A stretch of DNA of 46,418 nt from Paraglomus brasilianum. Taxonomy: Eukaryota. Under the pieces are notes generated by a model. That model saw nothing but the letters and a program-made list of their open reading frames with translations. It was not told where the DNA came from and searched no databases. This document shows, in pieces, positions 36,829-46,418 of the stretch. The translations under genes were made by a program, and so were the position numbers. Numbering within the stretch: the first letter of the stretch is position 1; each line of letters starts with the position of its first letter. The stretch spans positions 1-46,418 of the forward strand of contig CAJVPI010000171.1 of NCBI GenBank assembly GCA_910592345.1, given 5' to 3'.

Positions 36829-38544
36829 TTTTACTGGACTGATTTGATTGGCTCTGTTTTCTTTTTTTAGCAGGCAAAGTTCTTGTCTACGTAAGATAAT
36901 CTAAGATGATAAGATAGTCCAATAAAATTAGATATGAAATTGATTATAACATATGGATTGGCACTAACATATGGATTGGCACTAATATATGAATTGATAT
37001 GAAAAAAGTTAGGTAAACCCTAAAATTAAGTATTTTCTCGTTAATGCTTGCAGAAGCCCTTTTCTTTTTACTTATTATGCTATAAATAAATAATCTCCAA
37101 ATAAAGATTATAAATAAATATATGTAATTAAAAAAATCACGGTATCATGTTCTTTTTTTGTGGTATATCCTGTTGAATAGTTCCGTCTAACCAGCAAAGT
37201 TTCACCTTACCGATATTTTGCCAACCAGCGGTTATACATTATTCGCTGATCACTTTACAATTCGATGTATTTGCAACGTGGCAAAATCTGATCCTACAAT
37301 TCTTTTTAAGGTTTAAGTTTCTGAATAGTTTGGTCACTGCCGCATCATCAGACCTTTCATAAATGACATTTTGATCACATGGGGTGTCACGCAACTTTAA
37401 ATGGCAATCCAAGTCTATACCCATGTACTTTAACGGCCATAACAAAGTCAGGCGGACGAGCACAACAAACAGCTATGACAAGAGGATGACATGCACAACA
37501 GATATTATGTACTCGATACATGAACTCGGCACAATTGTTGGTTGCCGAAAGTTAAGTATTCAATAAAGGTCATATGTATGCAAACAAATTAATTAATCAT
37601 TGTTGATAATGAAATAATAAACTTCCTATACTGGATGTTCATTGTTTCTGCTTTCGGCAGTTAATATGAATAGATGTAAAGAGCCGTTCACTACAGAATT
37701 GCGCACCTATCAGAACATTTGAGAGTATTCAAAAAAAGGGCAAGGCAAATTTTCAAGGGGTGTTGCTACCGAATTAATCATATTCACAGGTCCAGAATGT
37801 GATGGTTTATCAATCAAACACTAAACAATGTTTAATATTGAACCGCAAAACCGGGTCATTCATGGTTCGAACAAAGAAATTTTGACCACCAGTTGCGTGT
37901 GAATGAAGACCAACTAACAAAGATTATTGTTATTAACGTACTATAAATAGACAGGTCACCGTGCATGCAGGGAAGCAGACATGGCTTTTCGTTATGGAAC
38001 AAATTTCAGGGGTAATATTTAACGATCATTTGTTGTACTACCCAACATGGATTTTTTGTGAGGGCATATCGCTGATATGATTTTCTTATCTAATCTCAAG
38101 TCTGCAAGTTCTTTAAGTTTTCCAAGTTACTCTCTCTAAATGTTCGCGAATGCAGCAATCAACAAATCAACAAATCGACAGTATATTTTTTATATGTTTT
38201 GGCTCATTATCTTAAATTTTTTAACATATATTTTACTAATAACTTTTTATTAATAACTTTTTACTGCTTTACTACTTTTTTATCGGCATTTTATGTTAGA
38301 TGTTTATTCGTCAATAATGTCGAGCTTTGTAAAATGTATTCTTTGACTGGCATGATATAAATATGAATTTTGAGTCTTAAGACAAATCAGTCCCTCTTTG
38401 CAAACGGACAAACGATAAAAGCCCAAAAGTGTAACATGAATAAGGGAAATAGGCTTTGGCTTTTTGGCGCTTCAAATGAATGTTTGTTTTTTGAAATTCA
38501 AAATACCTACTTTATCCAGGCTCTAATAATAACGATAAATTTAG

Positions 38545-38850
38545 TAAAAGTCATTGCAACGCCTTGAGTTTGAAAGCCCCAAGAATTGCAAGCCATTCAG
38601 TTTTCTTCTAAAGTAAATTATAATTATTTGTTTTCTCCCATAGATTTGCTGAATTAGCTTCATAACATAAAACAAACTAACCCGGTTTTTTCTTCTTAAT
38701 CGAGTTATCATGATTGCATCCCATTCAAGGTCAACAAAGAGTTCAAAATATTCTTTATCTTTACGCAAAAATTCTTTTGCCTTGTCATAAATGGAACTAT
38801 TGTTATGTTTTAAACAGGAAAATGGTTCTCTGATATGAGGTATACAATGA
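38545..38850 (-). pseudogene. Possible degraded coding remnant, unknown product
   Basis: CIPHIREPFSCLKHNNSSIYDKAKEFLRKDKEYFELFVDLEWDAIM...KNR, then an intron-like GTTAGT..TTTAG and KKTEWLAILGAFKLKALQ*. No intact start. Confidence 0.3.
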
Positions 38851-41720
38851 TTAAATTCGCATTCAAGTCAGCGATTGGTAACATCAATTTTTAATGAGAG
38901 AGAATAACTTTAAAAATATTGTCATTATTATAAACTGGGTGTGACAATTCTTTTACAATAAACTTTGAATAATAATGTGAACCTTATAGCAGTATAAGTG
39001 ACTGTTTGAATTTAAACCATTTATATAATTACATGTCACAGAGCATTAGTGAATTGACTCCAAGGTGATTCTTGAGATTGATGTCTTGGTTGCTTGCAAT
39101 GCAACGATAAGTCATTTTACACAAGTTTCAAATATTAGCATTGTTGACGCCTTGTTCCCCCTTCTTTTATCTTACCTAATTTTTAAAGCTAGTTCCGGGA
39201 ATTGACCATACGCCATATAACATGAATCGTGCGACGACGGATAAAATATTCCGACATGCTAAAAGGAGCAAGTCATTGTAAGAAACTTTCATCAATAACA
39301 TGAATCACCGAATGTACATAATGCGTATAAAGCTTTTTGAATTGAACGGTAATACTTATACTCCTGTATCCATTATGCGGCAATGCTCACAAATTTAGAG
39401 AGAGATATTTCATGTGCTTTTGTAGGTAGCTAATTTAGGCAATTAACAATAAACCATTTGGTTGAAACAAAACAATACCTATACGCTCGTGTGACAAACG
39501 AGTTTCCTTATCAGTCACATCATCAAATTATTTTCTTTACACAACTTTCTTCTATTCATGCGTCATGGACATTATATGTGCGTTCATAGATGTTACCAAT
39601 TCATACGGACTAGAAAGTCCGCTTATTCTAAGAATAAACCATCGAACAAGAGGGATGACATATTGTTGACATGATTAGATTAGATAATAAGGGAATAATA
39701 GCATATTACGTCATGCGCAATTTTTGTTCTGAGAAGTAGAGACGTATTAACAGCCGTCAATACGTGCAAGTTATGCCGCTTCTCTCCACTGGTTTCACTA
39801 CAAGCGTTAGGCGAGGCAGATTCCTAAAGGCGAAGCGAGTTTTCTTTCCGTAACAATTTCTGTAATGCGATGGCTTTACAGTCTTCTAGCGCTCCCTGCC
39901 CACTTATGGCTCGACGATTTCGGGGTTTCTGTATTGTAAAAAGTGCTGTACTTGACTCTAAGTGAATTGTACATTCCACATTTTCACTCAAGTCCCGCAT
40001 CTCCTGGAGATTGCGGATGAGCTTTTAAGGCGCATCGGAACAAGTAAGCTACTTCAATTTCTGTCGCTTATTACTTTATTGCGTTCTTAATCGCTCCCCA
40101 GCCCATCTCTCCCTTATCCGTACCCGACACCATTTTCATGTCTCATTCATTTCAGTAAATCTAAGTACTCATGCGAACACTTTTATCTAATGATTAATCC
40201 TTCATGCCCGTATCTTCATTTCTGACTTGCTATTTTTTATATACTCTGTCACTTGCTCATCATCTTATCGATCACCGCACTTATCTATCCATTTACCCTC
40301 CATTCGCAACCATCTATCCAATCTCGCATTTCCACCAATCCCATGTTTTATCAGACTGTAACTTCTTTGGTTTTTTTGTTATAGGTGCTTCGGCAGAACC
40401 TCGGATGCCTTACCCATTGTAATCCTCATAGGAAAAGTAAAGTGCCTTTTCACAGATATGGAAGTCGTCTATTTTATGGGTATTCCCGAGGGTGCTGTAG
40501 GGGTATACACGTTACTGGGCTGTAAAAATGCCTTTGGCGTGGTAGATGCGATTAATAAGAACGCTGATGATGATGCGTCTGACTTACGGTATCAACGCGC
40601 AGCCCATCAACTCACATGTCGCAAGAATATGAAGTCTATGATAGTCTGAAATGCCTTACATGTACATAAGACCAATGCAACACAGGCAGAGTCAATCAAG
40701 ATATCTGCTCTCTGACTTGTCCAACTGTGTATATGACGTGCATAAGAGAATTTACGTTTGATACAGCCAAAAAACTCGGTCAACTAGATTGCTTTGGATT
40801 CAATTCGCTTTTTTTGTTTTGACTTTCGTAAAACTCTTATTCGTGATAGCACACAACTATTCACACTAAGTCATTTTCAGTTGACTATTCCGACAGTATC
40901 GATTACACCAGTATATCGTTAACAACTACACATAATTTGTCAGTCGCCCGAATACATGATAAGTGCCTCGACGGCAAGATCGTAACGACATATCATACTA
41001 CGGACAGTTTGAGATTGGTAATTAATGATCATGCCCAACAGCAAGCTGTACAATTGAATCACGTGTTATAGACTTATTGCGATGCGAACTCACATTGACT
41101 CGTCAAAGTTACGTGTAATAATACCCAATTTACTACAATTCCACATACTATGTACAGTAGTCTAACGTTCAATTAATAAAGATCGCAAGTCTTCAAAGAC
41201 TATATACCACACACAACACCTTACACTTGTGTTCACGCGTTGCCAAAGCCGAATATTATTAGACTCTCTTGAAAAGACAACAATGGGAGAAAAGACAGCA
41301 ATGGGAGAAAAGCCAACCTAAATGTCTGATATCAAATATCTAAAGTAAATTAAAAGATGTGCCAAATTTTTGTGGTTATAAACTAATTACGCAAAGGCAA
41401 TAGCAGCTAGAGTTGTGGCATTTCTCTTCTCAGTCCGCATGTGAAAAAGTTCAGGCTGAACAATTATGGCGGAATAATAAGCATAAGTCAAATTTTCTTA
41501 AAACATTATCTGCTGATATCGTTGTCATTATCAAGGATTTATTAGTTATCTGAAACAACAAATATCTTATAATTTGAAAAGAAGACACGAAGACTAATAG
41601 CTTTCCGATCGTTTTGAAATCTTGCGTAATCTTGCGTCTGTGAATATAAGCATTTTCTCTTTGTATATGTATGCCCAAAGAGTTGATTTATTTATTTTAA
41701 TACGCGGAAGCACTTTGTAT

Positions 41721-41833
41721 CCTTTTTTTTTAAGTATCCTGGCATTGGGACATCATATAATTGATAATACTGTTCCTTTTTTTTTTTTTTAAGTATCCTG
41801 GCATTGGGACATCATATAATTGATAATACTGTT
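41721..41833. repeat. Tandem duplication (~55-bp unit) differing only in poly-T length
   Basis: CC(T)nAAGTATCCTGGCATTGGGACATCATATAATTGATAATACTGTT occurs twice in tandem. Confidence 0.93.
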
Positions 41834-43019
41834 AGCAATTTAATTTTATAATAGGCAAGTTTTATACATTACTATTACAATTTATCGTCAATAATTTATT
41901 CGGCTAGCTCCCGACGATTGGAACAAAGAAATAAACATAGTCAATAAGCGGGCTGGGCTCTGGTGTGAACCTCACTTAATAAATTTTATAATATTTAGAA
42001 ACTCTAGCTTGTAAAAAACTATTATAGTGATTTGTCTCGTGGGTTATTTTATCTTTTCTTATTTGACATTGTGAGGTTCTCATCCCGCTCCTTGTTATTT
42101 TAAACGGCAGACTTTTTTAGCATATGTAATTAGCTTGCTGTTTTTGTTTATATACTGTGCTTGGCAATGAAACTTGGCATAAAACAAAATAACACAGAAC
42201 TATCTATTTTAAAGTCACGCTATTGTAAACAATCAGTACCTTTCAACACTTCTAAGCTTTCTTACTGAAGTTGATAGTTGGACACAGGCCGTTACTTTCG
42301 AATTGTAGCAATGATTGAATCTTCATCAATAATAATCAGATTCCTTCAATCTAGGGTAAAATCTTGAGATAAAATGTATGCCGACAATGGCCTTTGTTAT
42401 AGAAAATTTTACAGATGAATTTTTTTATTAATATTCTAATGGCATGATCTTTTAGTATTCATAACAATACTAAATCATACGACTTTATTGCAGCATCGTT
42501 CATTTATAATGCACTCTCCTACACATTTTTACCTGACCCCTTTCGCTGTGGCTATGACCGTGTGTTCAACGTATCGCAGAGCTACTGAACAAAAGAGATG
42601 TTGATGCACAATTTATTCTTGCTTATTGTTATCTACTGTAAACAAATTAAAGTGGGAAGAAACGAACAAAAAGCAGTTAAATTAACGATATCAAAATTTT
42701 GCTGAACAGGACATGTTGGTACACTACATAATCTTGTTGTGTAGAAAAAAACCAGTTATATTAAATTATTGTATACTTGCAAGGACATGCTTGTGTCAAT
42801 TTAATTTTGCTCTATGTTATGCAAAATATGAAAAGCTGTTGAATATATGGAAAGCAAGTAAACAAGCACATAAGCCAGTGCACTACCTGACTTGCTAAAA
42901 CAAATGTAAACCTTGACTTTATCAAGAGAGCTGAATAAAGCAATACTTATGCACAATAAAATTCTTGGTCTATATTACGAAATATGAAGCATATTCAAAG
43001 AGCTGCTAGACCATATAAA

Positions 43020-43965
43020 AATGCAACTAAAATGGAATATACTAAAGCACAGAGGTAAGTGGACAAAAATAATGTGAAAACAAAGAAAAAAATTAAGAGA
43101 AAGAATTGAGCATTATAAAAATATTAACAGACATACAGTGTGGAGGGAGGGACAAAAGTATTGCGTCGTAATTTACTTAGTTCCATATGAAATAAAAACT
43201 GACTTTTGGACCACTTACTTCATTCAGTTGTCTAAATGAAATATTAATGTCTATTTAATATAATGTGTCACTATGAGCAGAACAATAAATTAGTAAAAAC
43301 TTAATTTTTTGCATCGGCGCATATGGAAAGTATTGCACAGTTCTAATTAAAATATTGAAAATTTGCTTAAAGCAAATGACAATATTCAGTATTTCCTCCA
43401 TTTGCAGCAATCACAGCTTAAATTTGGTTGGGCATGATAATAACAAGCTATGGTATATTCCACTATTTTTTTACTGATCGTATTTGCGAAAGTTTTCCTG
43501 ATATATAGTAGTAGGCTGCGAAAACCTGTTTGCGATAGTATCTTATCATTTTTGCGATTAATTTTTTACCGTAATTATAATTATGAGGAATAAGCTCTTT
43601 AGCGAAACTCTTTTTATACGCCAAAGTAGAAAATTGGGTTTTCTACTATTTATAGATCTGCTCATCATGACGCGTTATATTAAATAAACATTAATATTAA
43701 TACTTTATTTAGATAATTGATGAAGTAAGTGGTCCAAAGTTATTATTTTTATTTTATATAAAAATTTTATGGAATTAAATAAATTACGACCGTTCAATGC
43801 TGTTGCCCCCACGTGTATTTAGCTTTGAGCAGAATAAATTAAAACATAATAAAATTATCAACTTAAGTATTTCTTAATTTTTTCACAACATTTTATTTTT
43901 ACCTAAGTAATGTGATAGAATGTTAAAGTATCAGTATATTCTCTGTCAATTTAATTTACTTGCAA
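43020..43965. mobile_element. Degenerate foldback / long-TIR non-autonomous element (~260-300 bp arms, ~375 bp spacer)
   Basis: 43205-43222 TTTGGACCACTTACTTCA is the exact reverse complement of 43721-43738. Collinear matches continue inward (TATTTAATATAATGTGTCACTATGAGCAG vs CTGCTCATCATGACGCGTTATATTAAATA) and outward (GTCGTAATTTA, AAAAAATTAAGA, GAATATACT). Outer limits approximate. Confidence 0.7.
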
Positions 43966-46086
43966 TGATTTCCTTACAGGCTCGATAATTTTCTGCTGGC
44001 TTGCTATGCATACCGCTGCTGAGATCAAGGTCACGTTGATGTAAAAAGTAAACTCGGAAATACTAAAACTAAAAATTCAAATAAAGCGTTCGTAAAGTTG
44101 AGGAATATACTTTTATAGAGATCTGTGTGCATTTGATCAAGTTTGACCAGAGAATGTATGAACTCTTGAGGAAAAAGAAAAAACCGATTTGACGTGGTCT
44201 CAGCGAATGCCTAAAATGATACTGAACACGAGTTTTGCTGATACATACCAACATAACCCCGTAACCACATTTATCTCCCACATCGTCTCTCCGGTGTGTC
44301 CAGTAACTTTCTCTTCCTAATCCATCGAAGATAGTAAAGAGATTTTCTATCTACAAGGTTGGAAATTTACAGTATATCTCGGTAGTCCGCAATGTAACAC
44401 GAAGTACAGTTTCACATTCTACAGTCTAAAAGGCAGAATACCTTCATATAAGCCATTTCAAGGAAATTTAATTCGATCGTTTAAAGTTTTGATAATAGAT
44501 TCACTTTTCATTTATAATTATTAAACAAGCTCTTATTAATATTAAACTTATCTTTATAAACATTATTTTTTTACTGATTATCGTAACGTTAGGGTGAATA
44601 TGAGTTGCGGGTGCGGGGTGTGCTTGAAACTTTAATATCGCGCATGTACAAAGACAGCACGTCTGTGATGTTAGAATAACAATAATTGTAGCAAATTTAA
44701 AATGACATTGGATTTGTGTCTAAATCCTACTTTGTTTCCCTTGCCATTTGCTGCATTTTAGCATAATCTTGGAAGCAGAAATTTGATTGTTTCCTGACTT
44801 TTTGGTAAAATTATTCGAAGTTTACTTTACAATAATGTCAATTCTAAAGAATACAATGCCTTTTTCTCAGCGACAGTCATTTGCTAAACACGTGGAGGTA
44901 CCCCAACTGATACAGGCCTGGATATTAATATTAAGGTAACCCTCACTAGTTCATCATTTCTATCATATTTGGTAGTATAAGTTTATCGAGCCAATCCGTT
45001 TTTGCTCAACAAAAAGGATTTAATCACATTTGGTGGCACAAATCATGGGGCTACCTCCCACTGTAGTGGAGGTAGAGGTTACTTCCCAACATAGGGAAAA
45101 CAGTGATTAACAGTAATCGTGTTATTTATATTGTTCTACCACAATCTTATTCAATGACATGTGTAATTTATCAAACAATAAAAAAATCTTTCCACTTTAT
45201 TTGGCAAGAGCTTACCTATACCTGCCAAATCTGTCACCCATATTCATCAAATCAGACAAAGTTTATTCCGTTGGGTATATAACGTATATATCCTTAAAGG
45301 TAAATTTCACCAATGCGGTATCAGCCATTGACGGCTAGATGGTGTTATCCTTTTTTGCTATGTATTACCAAAATTGTATTTGCAATTTCCAAATTCAAAC
45401 ATTAATTATTTGATATGAACGGAGCCGTCTTGGTATATGGTTGGCACATTTGTGTTTGTTGGATGCCGTTCCGTTAAACTTACATCGCCGTTAAGGCTAT
45501 GCAGCAATATCATGAAAAGAGTGGTAATATGTCTTTGAGGATATAAGTGGATTGATGATTCATCACTTGCGTAATACCGTGGAATGACCTAAGGTTTTAG
45601 CTCTTACAGGAAGATTCGAATCTGCTTTTATCGCATCTCCAGGATTCTTGTCTGCATTCTAGTCATGAAGTGGCTGTCCCGTCTATCAAGGCCTTATTGG
45701 CCGACTGCATGGGGCCATTTGGAAAAGAACTGGCTTGGGTATGAAAACAATGTCAGGAAGCACGCATCATCCAGAATGCTTCGAACCGAGCTCGAATGTT
45801 GCTACGTGTTCTATTCAGGAAACGATTAGCATCAAATTTGATAAACATTAGTCTCAATATTCACTTTTATAATCATATTTTCTTACATAGTCAAATGATC
45901 TACCCCGACAAAGGTAGCTAACAGTAAACGTGCACGATTTTATTTCGGCATCTTGTTAACTCAACCATATTGACATACGTGGAAGCCATAATACTCGTAT
46001 AACCGTAAATAAGCCTAAGTCTCTAAATTATAAGAAATGCACGGTGTATTGTAATTGACTTTATTTGTACCAACGTGTAACCATAC

Positions 46087-46418
46087 CTGATATCATAACT
46101 ATTTCTTGGTTTAGGTAAATCTCTGTAGGTAAGAGTTTACTAGAATATTTACTCTATAAGGGTTTTACATCATTATGATAAACGGCATTCCATATGTCAG
46201 AATTGCCCTCCTCCCTAAGCTTGTAAGTATCATCCAATAGTCCCCTCGCATCTGGACGCTTATCAGGATCAGCACCACAACACCGCTCGGCAAGTTTCTT
46301 GTATTTCTCTGGTGCGGAATCAGGCATCGATGGTCGTAGTTCGCCCATAATGTCGCATATTAAATCTCCATCGAACTGCCTATCTCTAAAAGGTGGTTCA
46401 CCAGAGGCAATCAAATAC
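46087..46418 (-). pseudogene. C-terminal lobe of a TKL-like protein kinase, truncated by the window edge and probably disrupted
   Basis: IASGEPPF...IMGELRPSMPDSAPEKYKKLAERCCGADPDKRP matches kinase subdomains IX-XI. After the TAG at 46154-46156, coding-like sequence continues (SKYSSKLLPT, frameshift, DLPKPRNSYDI) to a GTATGG donor at 46086. Confidence 0.75.

Noticed and set aside
39780..40650. GC-richer patches with splice-like signals (LLEIADELLRRIGT; MEVVYFMGIPEG...)
   Set aside because: No consistent frame or family could be built; possibly a decayed gene but unsupported.

Overview
AT-rich, gene-sparse eukaryotic DNA with short GT-AG introns. Gene content suggests an early-diverging fungus, most likely Mucoromycota/Glomeromycotina (an inference, not a database match). 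The left end holds a degenerate kinase-like fragment, two MITE-like hairpins and a head-to-head phosphatase pair: a 3-exon PHOSPHO1/2-type HAD phosphatase (-) and an intronless alkaline-phosphatase/NPP-superfamily gene (+). The dominant feature is four intronless, mutually very divergent MATA/SOX-type HMG-box transcription factor genes between 15.2 and 36.8 kb (orientation + - - +, last two head-to-head). Long non-coding tracts separate them, containing degraded coding remnants, micro/minisatellites and transposon relics. The right end has a ~950 bp foldback element and the 3' part of an apparently disrupted protein kinase gene. I found no rRNA, tRNA, CRISPR array or intact transposase. All calls are from reading motifs by eye.
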